The notes beneath the pieces are model-generated. The model was not told where the DNA came from. It saw only the letters and a program-made list of their open reading frames with translations, and made no database searches. From Candidatus Eiseniibacteriota bacterium (GTDB taxonomy: Bacteria; Eisenbacteria; RBG-16-71-46): a stretch of DNA of 64,000 nucleotides. Both the position numbers and the translations under genes were made by a program. Numbering within the stretch: position 1 is the first letter of the stretch; every line of letters begins with the position of its first letter. The stretch spans positions 20,161-84,160 of the forward strand of contig JBBRLX010000006.1 in the NCBI GenBank assembly GCA_038231135.1, in the 5' to 3' direction. Positions 31,566 through 42,097 of this stretch are shown here, piece by piece.

Positions 31566-32435
31566 ATGTTCCGCGAACGGGTAGCCCGGACCCTGCCGGG
31601 CGTGGTCATGCTGGTCGTGCTCCTGATCGTCGCCGTGGCGCTGGTGGCGCTGTTCATCCTCAACATCGCGAGCGGACACTGGGTGATGGCCGTCACGAGC
31701 CTGGTGGTGCTGTTCCTGGACGTCATGTCGCTCACCGGGCTGTTCGTCGTGAATCCCAACGAGGCCAAGGTGGTGCAGATGCTCGGCAACTACGTGGGCT
31801 CGGTGCGGACTCCCGGGTTCCACTGGGTGAACCCGCTGACCACGCGCCGCGTGTTGTCGCTGCGCGTGCGCAATTTCGAGAGCGCCAAGCTCAAGGTGAA
31901 CGAGCACTACGGCAACCCGATCGAGATCGCGTCGGTCGTGGTGTGGAAGGTCGTCGACAGCGCCGAGGCGATGTTCGAAGTCGACGACTTCAAGAACTTC
32001 GTCCAGGTCCAGACCGAAGCGGCGCTGCGCACGCTCGCGACGGCGTTCCCGTACGATGCCCACATCGAGGGCGAGATCTCGCTGCGCAGCCACACCCAGG
32101 AGATCGCGGAGCGGCTGCAGCACGAGATCCAGGAGCGGCTGTCGAAGGCCGGCGTCGAGGTGCTCGAGGCGCGCATCAGCCACCTGGCCTACGCGCCCGA
32201 GATCGCGAGCGCGATGCTGCAGCGCCAGCAGGCCAGCGCGATCGTCGCCGCGCGCACGCGCATCGTCGAGGGTGCGGTCGGCATGGTCGAGATGGCGCTC
32301 GCCCAGTTGTCCGCCAAGGGCATCGTGCAACTCGACGACGAGCGGCGGGTCGCAATGGTGTCGAACCTGCTCGTGGTGCTGTGCAGCGACCGGCACGCGC
32401 AGCCGGTGGTCAATGCCGGAACGCTCTACAACTAG
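31566..32435 (+). CDS. SPFH/Band-7 (stomatin-like) domain membrane protein
   Basis: An N-terminal TM helix and a Band-7 core ([22 protein letters not shown]...). Confidence 0.8.
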   Translation: MFRERVARTLPGVVMLVVLLIVAVALVALFILNIASGHWVMAVTSLVVLFLDVMSLTGLFVVNPNEAKVVQMLGNYVGSVRTPGFHWVNPLTTRRVLSLRVRNFESAKLKVNEHYGNPIEIASVVVWKVVDSAEAMFEVDDFKNFVQVQTEAALRTLATAFPYDAHIEGEISLRSHTQEIAERLQHEIQERLSKAGVEVLEARISHLAYAPEIASAMLQRQQASAIVAARTRIVEGAVGMVEMALAQLSAKGIVQLDDERRVAMVSNLLVVLCSDRHAQPVVNAGTLYN

Positions 32436-32452
32436 GCCGGAACGAGGGCGAC

Positions 32453-32656
32453 ATGGCGGAGCGCAAGCCGTATCTATTGAGGCTCGATCCGGCCGTGTTC
32501 GACGCGCTGCAACGCTGGGCGGGGGACGATCTGCGCAGCCTGAACGCACAGATCGAATTCCTGCTGCGCCAGAACCTGCAGCGGGAGGGCCGGCTCCGGC
32601 CGGATGGCGCGGCACAGCCGGGCCGCCGGACGCCGCGGCCGCGGGAGGAGAGGTGA
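32453..32656 (+). CDS. Small ribbon-helix-helix (Arc/CopG-like) protein
   Basis: A 67-aa ORF (MAERKPYLLRLDPAVFDALQRWAGDDLRSLNAQIEFLL), typical of RHH DNA-binding or antitoxin-like proteins. Confidence 0.4.
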   Translation: MAERKPYLLRLDPAVFDALQRWAGDDLRSLNAQIEFLLRQNLQREGRLRPDGAAQPGRRTPRPREER

Positions 32657-33477
32657 GCCTGGAAGACTGCAAGCGCCCGGCGCACGCGGGGCAACGATGG
32701 CTCGTACTGTCGATCGCATGGCTCGCGCTGGCGACCCCCGCACATGCGGGCTACGGCCCGAACGGCCCGTTCAGCTTTGGCGCCGTCATCAACGACTCCG
32801 TCGTCGTGAACGCGCCGTTTCACTGTCACTGGGCGCTGTTCTCTGCGGATTCCACACCGGCCGAAATCCGCCTGCGGTTCCCGCCCGGGGTGTCCTGGGT
32901 GGCGGGCGATACGATCCTGAACTGCTCCCAGCCCTGCGGGGGATCGCTTACCGCAGTCATGAGCCGGGCCCGGCCCGCAACGATTCGCCTGGACGCGAGG
33001 GTCGAGCACGTGGATGGCAGCGCGGATCTGGGTCACGTCGATCTCGAGGTGCGGCCGGGGCTCAAGGGAACGAGCGTGGCCGAGATCACCCGGCTGTGGC
33101 CCGGGCAGAGCCGCGCCGTGTGGGCTGCCGGAGGCTGGCTGCCGGTCGGCACCCGAAACGGCGTGTCCCAGGACGTCATCGCGAGCCGGGGCAGGAAGCC
33201 CGTCGTCCGGCATATGGAGGATGCCGAGGATACTTCCGGCGTCATCCACCAGGCGGTCGAGGTGCCCGTCATCGTGGTAATCGACGAGCACGGCGCCGCC
33301 GTAGGAGCCGTGAGAGACGCCGGCAACCCCGGCCGCTGGCCGGACGGCGTATACAAATCAGCCATCGACTGCGCCCGCTACCGCTGGAAATTCGCCGCGG
33401 CCGAGGCCGACCATCGGCAATATGCGGACTGGTTACACGTCAAGGTCCGGGTTCGGCCGTCGCCCCTGAGGAAATGA
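32656..33477 (+). CDS. Hypothetical secreted protein
   Basis: RBS gaggagagg precedes a GTG that overlaps the upstream stop. Signal peptide WLVLSIAWLALATPAHA. No family recognised. Confidence 0.4.
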   Translation, partial: SLEDCKRPAHAGQRWLVLSIAWLALATPAHAGYGPNGPFSFGAVINDSVVVNAPFHCHWALFSADSTPAEIRLRFPPGVSWVAGDTILNCSQPCGGSLTAVMSRARPATIRLDARVEHVDGSADLGHVDLEVRPGLKGTSVAEITRLWPGQSRAVWAAGGWLPVGTRNGVSQDVIASRGRKPVVRHMEDAEDTSGVIHQAVEVPVIVVIDEHGAAVGAVRDAGNPGRWPDGVYKSAIDCARYRWKFAAAEADHRQYADWLHVKVRVRPSPLRK

Positions 33478-34597
33478 TTACCAGGGAACCGGACGGGCCC
33501 TGCCGGGCGCCGCCGAGCATCTCCCGCAGCAACTCCCACGCCCCGTCCACGGTCAGCCGCGTCAGGCAGCGCAGGTCCTCGCACTCGTCGCGGTTGCACG
33601 GGCTGCACTCGACGCGCGCGTAGTGCGCGCGATGGCCGGCGGCTTCGGAGTACGGGAAGAACATCGCCGGGCGGTTGCGCGACATGAGGCCCAGCGTCGG
33701 CGTTCCCGAGGCGACCGCGGTGTGCAGCGGACCGGTGTCGCCCGACACGAACGCCGCGCACAGCGATTGCAACGCGACGAATCGCGCGATCGGCCAGCCG
33801 ACGATCGCCCGCGCCCGACCCGCCGGCAGCCGGGCCACGATCGCGGCGGCGAGCTCGCGCTCGTTCAGCGCACCCGTCACCAGCGCGATCGCGGCAGGAT
33901 CGGATGCCAGCAGCCGGTTCGCCAGCTCGGCGAACCGCTCGGGCGCCCAGCGGCGCGTGGGCCAGCGGGCGCCGGGATGGAATCCCACGAGCGTGGCCCC
34001 GGTGCCGATGCCGAGCGCGGCCAGCGCGTCCCGCGCCTCGCCGCGGCGCTCGAGGCCGATGTGGAGCGCGGGCACCCGGTCGGGCGCGGGCCAGCCGAGT
34101 GCCGCGACCGAAGCGAGGTGGAACCGCACCGCCGACAGCGTGCGCGGCCGCGCGTGATGGGTGTAGAGCGCCGAGCGCCAGCCCTTGTTGGGATAGCCCA
34201 CGCGCACGCGCGCACCCGACGCGAACGTCCACACCGCGGTGCGCGGGTTGCAGAAGAAATCGATCGCGAGGTCGGGAGCGAACCGGCGCAGGCGCGCGAG
34301 CAGCTCCAGCGTCTCGCGCGGGCCCGGGCTCCGCGGCACGACGAAGCGCTCGTGTATGCGCGGATCGCCCTCGAGCAGCGGCGCGCTGTCGCGTTCGACG
34401 ACATAACCGATGCGCGCGCGCGGGCACGCGGCGCGGATCGCCTCGAGCGCCGGCAGCGTCAGGCAGATATCGCCGAGGAAGCGCGGCCGCACGAGCAGCA
34501 CGCGGCTCACGCCCGCGGGATCCACGGCGGCGGTCGCCGCGGCCGCCGCGGAGGCGAACCCGGCCGCACCCCCGGGGGCGGAATCGGAGGCCCGCAT
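33440..34597 (-). CDS. Glycosyltransferase family 9 (ADP-heptose:LPS heptosyltransferase-like)
   Basis: VLLVRPRFLGDICLTLPAL... and the GT9 C-terminal half (GDTGPLHTAVASGTPTLGL). Start chosen at the ATG at 34597. Confidence 0.7.
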   Translation of the reverse strand: MRASDSAPGGAAGFASAAAAATAAVDPAGVSRVLLVRPRFLGDICLTLPALEAIRAACPRARIGYVVERDSAPLLEGDPRIHERFVVPRSPGPRETLELLARLRRFAPDLAIDFFCNPRTAVWTFASGARVRVGYPNKGWRSALYTHHARPRTLSAVRFHLASVAALGWPAPDRVPALHIGLERRGEARDALAALGIGTGATLVGFHPGARWPTRRWAPERFAELANRLLASDPAAIALVTGALNERELAAAIVARLPAGRARAIVGWPIARFVALQSLCAAFVSGDTGPLHTAVASGTPTLGLMSRNRPAMFFPYSEAAGHRAHYARVECSPCNRDECEDLRCLTRLTVDGAWELLREMLGGARQGPSGSLVIISSGATAEPGP

Positions 34598-34706
34598 GCC
34601 TCCGGCGGGCCCGGGGAGGATCACATTCGCGGAAGCTGCGTTCGGCATGCGCTGGAGTATGATCGGGGTCCGCCTTCGTTCCAACCGCCCTCGAAAGGAC
34701 AGCAGC

Positions 34707-35915
34707 ATGGCCCGCGATTCCGATTCCCCGCGGCCGCGCGGTCTGCGGACCCGCGCCGTTCACGGCACCACGCACCTCCCGCCGGGAGCCGTGAGCACGC
34801 CGATCGTGCACTCGTCGACGTTCACGTCCGCGAGCATCGACGACATGATGCACCAGCAGGAACTCGGGGCCGACGGCAGCTTCTACCAGCGCAGCGGGCA
34901 CCCCACGCTGAAGGCCGTGGAGGCCCGGCTGGCCGATCTCGACGGCGCCGAGCGGGCGCTGCTGTTCGCGTCCGGCATGGCCGCGATCGCCGCGGCGTTC
35001 CTCGCGCATCTCGAGCCCGGCGACCACATCGTCGCGCTGCAGCAGAGCTACGGCGGCACGACCGAGCTGCTGCATTGGGGCGCGAAGCGCTTCGGCTGGG
35101 AGGTCGCGTTCGCCGACGCGCGCGAGCCCGACGCGATCGAGCGCGCACTCAAGCCCAACACCCGCATCGTGCACGTGGAATCGCCGACGAATCCCACGCT
35201 GTGCATCGTCGACCTGGCGCGCACCGCCGAGCGCACGCACCGCCACGGTGCGCTGTTCTTCGTCGACAACACGTTCGCGTCGCCCGCCGGCCAGCGCGCG
35301 ATCGAGCTGGGCGCCGACCTCGTGATGTACAGCGCCACCAAGTCCATCGGTGGCCACAGCGATCTGCTGGCCGGCGTCGTCGTGGGGCCCGCGAAGGTCG
35401 TGAAACCGGTGTGGAAGGCGCGCGTGGTGTTCGGCGGCATCGCCGATCCCACGACGGCGTGGCTGATCGAGCGCAGCCTCAACACGCTGCCGCTGCGGGT
35501 CGCCGCGGCGAACGCGAACGCGCTGACGATCGCCACCCGGCTCGCGGCCAATCCCGAGGTGGTGCGCGTGTTCTACCCCGGGCTCGCCGGCCATGCGAAC
35601 CACGAGGTGGCGGCACGGCAGATGGCGCTCGGGTTCGGCCCCGTGGTGTCGTTCGAGCTGCGCGACGCGGCGCAGGCCCAGGCGGTGGTGGACGGGCTCG
35701 GGCTGATCTCGGTGGGACCGAGCCTCGGCGGGGTCGAGTCGCTCGTGACGCTGCCGACGCTGACGTCGCACCGCATGCTGTCGCCGTCCGAGCGCCGGGA
35801 GTCCGGCGTCGCGGACGGCCTCGTGCGACTCGCTCTGGGTATCGAGGACGCCGACGATCTGTGGGCCGATCTGGAGTCGGCGCTGGCCCGCAGCCGGGTG
35901 CCCGCGGCGCGCTGA
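34707..35915 (+). CDS. Cys/Met-metabolism PLP-dependent enzyme (cystathionine gamma-synthase / beta-lyase / O-acylhomoserine sulfhydrylase family)
   Basis: RBS aaaggacag. TRAVHG..., the PLP lysine SATKSIGGHSDLLAGV, and GIEDADDLWADL. This is the second member of this family in the window. Confidence 0.85.
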   Translation: MARDSDSPRPRGLRTRAVHGTTHLPPGAVSTPIVHSSTFTSASIDDMMHQQELGADGSFYQRSGHPTLKAVEARLADLDGAERALLFASGMAAIAAAFLAHLEPGDHIVALQQSYGGTTELLHWGAKRFGWEVAFADAREPDAIERALKPNTRIVHVESPTNPTLCIVDLARTAERTHRHGALFFVDNTFASPAGQRAIELGADLVMYSATKSIGGHSDLLAGVVVGPAKVVKPVWKARVVFGGIADPTTAWLIERSLNTLPLRVAAANANALTIATRLAANPEVVRVFYPGLAGHANHEVAARQMALGFGPVVSFELRDAAQAQAVVDGLGLISVGPSLGGVESLVTLPTLTSHRMLSPSERRESGVADGLVRLALGIEDADDLWADLESALARSRVPAAR

Positions 35916-36050
35916 GGGACGATCCCGCATCCGGTTTCGGGCCCGAACCCGCGGCTTCCGCGGGTTGCGTGCCCTGTGGCCGGAAACCGCCGCCCCATGC
36001 TACGCTGGTGCCGCTCTGACCCCCCGTACACCCCCTGTGGAGGATTGCCC

Positions 36051-36857
36051 GTGAAGCGCTCGATCCTGGCGCTCGTTCCGCTTGCCCTCGCCGCGTGTCT
36101 CGCGGCGGGACCGTCGGCTGCCCAGACCGGCTCCACGCTCGCGGCTCCGAAGAAGCCCGCGTCCGCCACCAAGACTAAGGCGGCGCCCGCACCCGCGGTG
36201 ACGGCCCCCGCGGCGACGACCCCGGGAACCGAATCCGCCACGCCCGGTGCGACATCGAGTCCGGTGGGAACGACCAGCACTCCGGCTCCCGGCATGCCGA
36301 CCTCGACAGAGCCGGCGAAGCCGGCGGGCGTCGACAGTCTCGGCCTGCTCGAGCGCGCCGTGAAACGGGACTCCACCAAGTTCGACAACCTGTACCGGCT
36401 CGGCGTCATGTACCTCGATCGCGATCGCGTGACCGAGGCGATGACCGTGCTGCTCAAGGCCCACCGGCTCAGGCCCAAGAACCACCGGGTGCTCGTGAAC
36501 CTCGGCGCCGCGTTCGACGCCGCCGGCCAGCCGGCGACCGCCCAGACCTACTACAAGGAAGCCCTGGCCGCGGCTCCCGGTGACTCGGTCGCCACCTGCC
36601 GGCTCGCGAGTTCGCTGTACGCGCAGGCGAACTACAAGGACGCGATGAAGCTGCTGCGCTCGATGATCGGCGACCCGAAGAAGAACACCGGCGCCTATTG
36701 CGCGTACTTCACGCTGGGCGTGGCGTTCGCGGATGCCGGCATCTATCGCGACGCGATCCGGATGTGGAAGAAGGTCATCGAGATCGCTCCCAACTCCGCC
36801 GAGGCGAACAGCGCCAAGGAAAGCATCGACGTCCTGGAAAAATTCGTGAAGCAGTAG
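36051..36857 (+). CDS. TPR-repeat lipoprotein
   Basis: RBS ggagga precedes the GTG. Lipobox LAAC. A Thr/Pro/Ala-rich linker followed by TPR-like repeats. Confidence 0.65.
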   Translation: MKRSILALVPLALAACLAAGPSAAQTGSTLAAPKKPASATKTKAAPAPAVTAPAATTPGTESATPGATSSPVGTTSTPAPGMPTSTEPAKPAGVDSLGLLERAVKRDSTKFDNLYRLGVMYLDRDRVTEAMTVLLKAHRLRPKNHRVLVNLGAAFDAAGQPATAQTYYKEALAAAPGDSVATCRLASSLYAQANYKDAMKLLRSMIGDPKKNTGAYCAYFTLGVAFADAGIYRDAIRMWKKVIEIAPNSAEANSAKESIDVLEKFVKQ

Positions 36858-36918
36858 CGCAACCGGGACGGGGCGGGCCTGAGACAGCCTCGATTCCCGA
36901 GGCGGCGCACGAGGCCCC

Positions 36919-38079
36919 ATGATTTACTTCGACCACAACGCGTCCACGCCGGTGCGGCCGGAGGTGATCGCCGCGATGTCCGCGGCGCTCTCCGATCTGC
37001 ACGCGAATCCGTCCAGCTCCCACCGCGAAGGCCAGCGCTCCCGCGCGGCCATCGATCGCGCGCGCGAGCACGTGGCGGCGCTGGTGAATGCGCGGCCCTC
37101 CGGGATCGTGTTCACGAGCGGCGGGACCGAGGGCGATCACGCCGCGATCATCGGCGCCGCGTGGGCGCTCGAATCGCAGGGCCGGCGCATCGCGATCTCG
37201 GCGCTCGAGCACCACGCGGTGCACGGCGCGGCCCAGGTGCTGGTGCGCGGCGGCTGGAGCGTGGAGCACCTGCATGCGACGCCGGCGGGGGCACTCCAGC
37301 CCGCGGGCGTCGACGCGCTGCCGGCCGGGACCACGCTCGTGTCGCTGATGCTCGCGAACAACGAGACGGGCGCGGTGCAGCCGGTGGCCGAAGTGGCGCG
37401 GCGTGCCCACGCGCGCGGCATGCGCGTCCATTGCGATGCCGTGCAGGCGGCGGGCAAGATTCCGGTCGACGTGACGGAACTCGGCGCCGACTACCTCGTG
37501 ATCTCGGCCCACAAACTCGGCGGCCCGAAGGGCGTGGGCGCACTGGTGCTGCGCGATGGCGCGCCGTACGAGCCGCTGTTCCGCGGCAGCGGCCACGAGC
37601 ACGGGCGGCGCGGCGGCACCGAGAACCTGGCGGGTATCGTGGGGTTCGGCGTGGCCGCGGAGCTGGCGGCCCGCGAACTCGCCGCCGAGCACGCCCGCAT
37701 GCTCGTGCTGCGTGAGCGGCTGGAGCAGGGCCTGCGGGCGGCGCTGCCGGATGCCGTGATCCACGCCACCGCGACCGCGCGGCTGCCGAACACCGTCAAT
37801 GTGTCGGTTCCCGGCGCCCGCAGCGATCACATGCTGATGAGCCTCGACGCACGCGGCGTCGAGGTGTCGGCGGGCGCGGCATGCGCGAGCGGGGCGGTGG
37901 AGCCGTCGCCGGTGCTCGCGGCCATGAGCGTGCCCCGCGATCTCGCCGTGTGTGCGATCCGGCTGAGCATGGGGCGCACCACGACCGCGGCCGAAGTCGA
38001 CGCGGTGGTCGCGGCGATGGTGGCGAGTGCGGCGGCGGCGCGCACGCTCGGCGGCGTGACCGCGGCGGCGGGCGCGTGA
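36919..38079 (+). CDS. iscS: Cysteine desulfurase (IscS/NifS family)
   Basis: MIYFDHNASTP, SAHKLGGPKG (the PLP lysine) and the catalytic Cys loop SAGAACASG. Confidence 0.85.
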   Translation: MIYFDHNASTPVRPEVIAAMSAALSDLHANPSSSHREGQRSRAAIDRAREHVAALVNARPSGIVFTSGGTEGDHAAIIGAAWALESQGRRIAISALEHHAVHGAAQVLVRGGWSVEHLHATPAGALQPAGVDALPAGTTLVSLMLANNETGAVQPVAEVARRAHARGMRVHCDAVQAAGKIPVDVTELGADYLVISAHKLGGPKGVGALVLRDGAPYEPLFRGSGHEHGRRGGTENLAGIVGFGVAAELAARELAAEHARMLVLRERLEQGLRAALPDAVIHATATARLPNTVNVSVPGARSDHMLMSLDARGVEVSAGAACASGAVEPSPVLAAMSVPRDLAVCAIRLSMGRTTTAAEVDAVVAAMVASAAAARTLGGVTAAAGA

Positions 38080-38087
38080 CCGCGTCG

Positions 38088-39302
38088 ATGCCTGCTCCGC
38101 GCCGCCGCGTGCTCGCCGCGATGAGCGGTGGCGTCGATTCCGCGGTGGCCGCGGCGCTGCTCGCGGAGCAGGGCCACGACGTCACCGGCGTGACGCTCAA
38201 GCTGTGGTGCTACGGCACCTCGCCGGTGTCGCCGCGCGCGTGCTGCACGCTCGACGCGATCGACGACGCGCGCTCGGTGGCGCGGCGCATGGGGTTCCCG
38301 CACTTCACGGTCGAGGCCGAGGAGGTGTTCCGCGCGCGCGTGCTGCAGCCGTTTCTCGACGCCTACGCCGAGGGCCGGACGCCGTATCCATGCGCGCTGT
38401 GCAACCAGCACCTCAAGTTCGGCGACCTGGTGTCGCGCATGGAGCTGATCGGCGCCGACACGCTTGCGACCGGCCACTACGCGCGCGTCACGCAGGAGCC
38501 CGACGGGCCCGCGCTATGGCGCGCCGCCGACACCACCAAGGACCAGAGCTACGCGCTGGCGCTGGTGCCGTACGCCGCGCTCGGCCGGGCGGTGTTCCCG
38601 CTGGGCGCGCTCGAGAAGTCCGAGGTGCGCGGCCATGCCGAGCGCCTGGGGCTGACCGTGTGGGACAAGCCCGAGAGCCAGGATCTGTGCTTCGTGCCCG
38701 ATGGCGACTACGCCGGCTACATGACCTCGAAACTCGGCGAGACGCGCGGCACCGCGCCCGGCGCGTTCGTCACCGCGGGGGGGCGCGAGGTCGGTGCGCA
38801 TCGCGGCATCATCCACTACACGGTCGGCCAGCGGCGCGGCCTCGGCATCGGGTCGGGCGAGCCGCTCTACGTGCTGTCGATCGATTCCGCGCGCAACCAG
38901 GTCGTGGTCGGCGCCCGCAGTGAGCTCGATTCACCGGGGCTCGTCACCGGTCCCATGAACTGGCTGGTGCCCGAGCCGCCCGCCGCGGGGACGCGCGCCG
39001 AAGTCCAGATCCGCTCGCATCACACGCCGGCCGCCGTGACGCTCCATCCGCGGCCCGACGGCGGCGTCGAGGCGTGGTTCGACGTGCCGCAGGCCGCGGT
39101 CACGCCGGGCCAGCTCGCGGTGTTCTATTGCGGCGATCGCGTGCTCGGCGGCGCCACGATCGCGGGCGCGACCCAGGCGGAGGCGGCGGGCTCCGGCTCC
39201 GTGCGCGCCCTGGCGACGGCCGCCGCCACGCTCGCGACGGCGCCGACGGCGGCGACGGCCGCTGCACCGTCGCCGGACGCGACCGCCGCCGCGAGCGTGT
39301 GA
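38088..39302 (+). CDS. mnmA: tRNA-specific 2-thiouridylase MnmA
   Basis: PP-loop AMSGGVDSAV, ATGHYAR, and the C-terminal MnmA domains. It follows iscS, which fits a sulfur relay. An alternative GTG start at 38076 overlaps the iscS stop. Confidence 0.85.
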   Translation: MPAPRRRVLAAMSGGVDSAVAAALLAEQGHDVTGVTLKLWCYGTSPVSPRACCTLDAIDDARSVARRMGFPHFTVEAEEVFRARVLQPFLDAYAEGRTPYPCALCNQHLKFGDLVSRMELIGADTLATGHYARVTQEPDGPALWRAADTTKDQSYALALVPYAALGRAVFPLGALEKSEVRGHAERLGLTVWDKPESQDLCFVPDGDYAGYMTSKLGETRGTAPGAFVTAGGREVGAHRGIIHYTVGQRRGLGIGSGEPLYVLSIDSARNQVVVGARSELDSPGLVTGPMNWLVPEPPAAGTRAEVQIRSHHTPAAVTLHPRPDGGVEAWFDVPQAAVTPGQLAVFYCGDRVLGGATIAGATQAEAAGSGSVRALATAAATLATAPTAATAAAPSPDATAAASV

Positions 39303-40231
39303 GCACCGTACCCGCCACCGCCGCGAGCCCGCCGCTCGCGGTGCGCACGCTCGAACGCTGCCTGGTGTGCGGGAGTGCGAGGCTCCTGCCGCTCGGGATG
39401 GCCTACGAGTTCCGCGGCCGGCGCTTTCCCGCCGTGCGGTGCCACGAGTGCGGGATGCGGTTCCTCGCCGTCCAGCCCGCTCCCGAGGCGTTCGCGGAAC
39501 TCTACGGCGCCGAGTACTTCGAGACCGATTTTCGCTGCGGCCGCAGCGACGCCCATTCGTTCGCCGAGGCCGCGTTCCGGGCCGAGAACGCCGGGTTGCT
39601 CGACGAGTTCGCGAAGCTCGGGCCCCCGGGCCGGCTGCTCGAGGTGGGCAGCGCGAGCGGCTGGCTGCTGCGCCACGCCGCGGAGCGTGGCTGGCAGGCG
39701 CGCGGCGTCGAGCTGTCCGGGGAGGCGGTCGCACATTCGCGCTCGATTGGCGCCGAGGTGTTCCATGGCGATCTGCTTGCCGCGCAGTTCCCGGCGGCGT
39801 CGTTTGACCTGATCTACCTGGGCGACGTGCTCGAGCACGTGCCCGACTGCCGTTCTGTGATGGCGGAGGTCGCTCGCCTGCTGGCGCCGGGCGGGCAGCT
39901 CTACCTGCGCGGGCCGATCACCACGAACTCGCTGGCCCGCCGGCTCGCGCTCGCGGCCATGGCGGCGACCGGCCGCACGATCGTGCTGCGCGAGCCGCCG
40001 TACCACCTGTGGGAGTTCACGCCGGCATCGCTGCGCCGGCTGGTGGCGGACTGCGGGCTCGAACTCGTTGCGATGCGCCAGAGCAAGATTCCCGCGGGGC
40101 GGCCGCACGGCACGAAGTCGGCGCCCGAGCGCCTGGCGCTCCGCGTGTTCGACGCCGTGAACGTCCCGATCACCCGCACGTTCCGCGTGTTCGGCGATCG
40201 CGTGGTGATGATCGCCCGCCAGCCGCGCTGA
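39299..40231 (+). CDS. Class I SAM-dependent methyltransferase
   Basis: GTG overlaps the mnmA stop. An N-terminal Cys4 Zn-ribbon-like region (CLVCGS...CHECG) plus a Rossmann MTase (LLEVGSASGW...LGDVLEHV). Confidence 0.65.
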   Translation: MSTVPATAASPPLAVRTLERCLVCGSARLLPLGMAYEFRGRRFPAVRCHECGMRFLAVQPAPEAFAELYGAEYFETDFRCGRSDAHSFAEAAFRAENAGLLDEFAKLGPPGRLLEVGSASGWLLRHAAERGWQARGVELSGEAVAHSRSIGAEVFHGDLLAAQFPAASFDLIYLGDVLEHVPDCRSVMAEVARLLAPGGQLYLRGPITTNSLARRLALAAMAATGRTIVLREPPYHLWEFTPASLRRLVADCGLELVAMRQSKIPAGRPHGTKSAPERLALRVFDAVNVPITRTFRVFGDRVVMIARQPR

Positions 40232-40340
40232 TCCGCGATTCCTGGGCCGGTTTTTCCGCTGGACCTGGGGCCTAAGAGATGCGTAAGTTCCGGGCGCACA
40301 GGACACTTCGGCCTTCGATCCCCTAAGAGGAGGATGAGCC

Positions 40341-40958
40341 ATGCGATGGACGCGTGTGGTGGCAGCATGCGGGACCCTCGGCGCGATCGGCGCAATCGCG
40401 TTCGTGAGTTCGTGCGCCCAGAAGACCAGCGAAACCGCGTCCACCGGCACGGCGGGGAGTGCCATGACGATGGACCAGCGGCTCGAGCACGGGCGGCGGC
40501 TGGCGTTGTCGAGCGGCTGCGTCGACTGTCACACCCCGGGCTCCCTGTATGGCACGCCGGATACCACGCGCATGCTGTCCGGGAGCGAACTCGGCTGGCA
40601 GGGTCCGTGGGGTGTGTCGTATCCGCGCAACCTCACTCCCGATTCCACGACCGGCCTCGGCACATGGACCGAGGATCAGATCGTGACGGCGTTCACCACC
40701 GGCCATCGGCCCGACGGTACCGTGCTGCTGCCGCCGATGCCGTGGCCCGGCTTCGGGGCCGGCTTCACGCCCGATGACGCCCACGCGCTGGCCGCCTATC
40801 TCAAGTCGATCCCGGCCGTGCATCATCAGATGCCTGCGGTCATGCCGCCGGGCAAGCCCGTCAAGGGCCCGGTGATGATCTTCCCGCCGCCTCCGGCATG
40901 GGACGCGCAGAATCTGCCGCCGCCTCCTGGCGCACCGGCGGCCGCGGGCGCGCACTAA
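40341..40958 (+). CDS. Monohaem c-type cytochrome lipoprotein
   Basis: RBS aggagga. Lipobox FVSSC. A single CVDCH haem motif. Confidence 0.7.
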   Translation: MRWTRVVAACGTLGAIGAIAFVSSCAQKTSETASTGTAGSAMTMDQRLEHGRRLALSSGCVDCHTPGSLYGTPDTTRMLSGSELGWQGPWGVSYPRNLTPDSTTGLGTWTEDQIVTAFTTGHRPDGTVLLPPMPWPGFGAGFTPDDAHALAAYLKSIPAVHHQMPAVMPPGKPVKGPVMIFPPPPAWDAQNLPPPPGAPAAAGAH

Positions 40959-41008
40959 CCGCGTCAAAGGGCCTGCGCGGTTCACGCGCGGCCACGGCAT
41001 CCAGTATC

Positions 41009-41049
41009 GCGGCGGGCCCACGACGGGCCCGCCGCGTGTGTGTGTTTGG
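41009..41049 (+). terminator. Rho-independent terminator (11-bp GC stem GCGGCGGGCCC/GGGCCCGCCGC + GTGTGTGTGTTT)
   Basis: A perfect inverted repeat directly after the cytochrome c gene. Confidence 0.5.
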
Positions 41050-41083
41050 TGGACGCCCGATCGCTTGCTAGCCTCCCCCGCCC

Positions 41084-42097
41084 ATGTCCGATCCAGCGTC
41101 GATCCATGCCCCCGCCGTCGAGGTCCGCGGCATCCGCCGCACGTTCAAGGCATCGCGCGGCGGCGGCGAAGTGCAGGCGCTCGCGGGTGTGGACGCCCGC
41201 ATCGAGCGGGGCGAGGTGTTCGGCCTCCTGGGTCCCAACGGCGCCGGCAAGACCACGCTGATCAAGATCCTCACCACGCTGCTGTACCCGAGCGCCGGCG
41301 AGGCGAAGGTCGCGGGCTACGACGTCGTGCGCGAGGACATCGAAGTGCGCCGCCGGATCAGCCTGGTGTCGGGCGGCGAGAGCGCGGGCTACGGCATTCT
41401 CACCGTGCGCGAGTGCCTGTGGATGTTCTCCCAGTACTATGGCGTGCCGTCGTCGGTGGCATGGCCGCGCGTGGATGCCCTGATCGACGTGGTGGGCCTC
41501 AAGGAGCACCAGCACTCGCGCATCAACCGGCTGTCGACCGGGCAGCGGCAGCGCATGAACTTCGCGCGCGGGTTCGTGAGCGACCCCGAGGTGCTGTTCC
41601 TCGACGAGCCGACGCTCGGCATGGACGTGACCGCGGCGCGCCAGCTCCGCACCTACGTCGCCGAGTGGGTGCGCGAGCGGCCCGGCCGCACGGTGCTGCT
41701 CACCACCCACTACATGGCCGAGGCCGAGGAGCTGTGCGACCGCGTCGCGATCATCGACCGCGGCCGCGTGCTGGCGTGCGACAGCACGGCCGCGCTGCGC
41801 CGCCAGGTGCAGGGCGGCCAGCACGTGGAACTGGAGCTGCGGAACGCGGACGGCGCGCTGGCCGATCTCCGGATGCTCGGCGACACGCCCACGGCGTGGG
41901 GGGCGGTCCATCCCGAGCGCGGCACGCGGACGCTCAAGTTCCTGCTGCCGCCCGGCCGGCCGCTGGTCGACGTGCTGCGGGCGCTCGAGCTCCAGCGCGT
42001 GCGCGTGGAAGGCATTGCCACCCACGAGACCACGCTCGAGGACGTGTTCATCGCGGTGGTGGGACGCGGGCTCGAGGACCTGGAGCCGCCGTCGTGA
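41084..42097 (+). CDS. ABC transporter ATP-binding protein
   Basis: Walker A GPNGAGKTT, signature LSTGQRQR and Walker B LFLDEPT. Confidence 0.9.
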   Translation: MSDPASIHAPAVEVRGIRRTFKASRGGGEVQALAGVDARIERGEVFGLLGPNGAGKTTLIKILTTLLYPSAGEAKVAGYDVVREDIEVRRRISLVSGGESAGYGILTVRECLWMFSQYYGVPSSVAWPRVDALIDVVGLKEHQHSRINRLSTGQRQRMNFARGFVSDPEVLFLDEPTLGMDVTAARQLRTYVAEWVRERPGRTVLLTTHYMAEAEELCDRVAIIDRGRVLACDSTAALRRQVQGGQHVELELRNADGALADLRMLGDTPTAWGAVHPERGTRTLKFLLPPGRPLVDVLRALELQRVRVEGIATHETTLEDVFIAVVGRGLEDLEPPS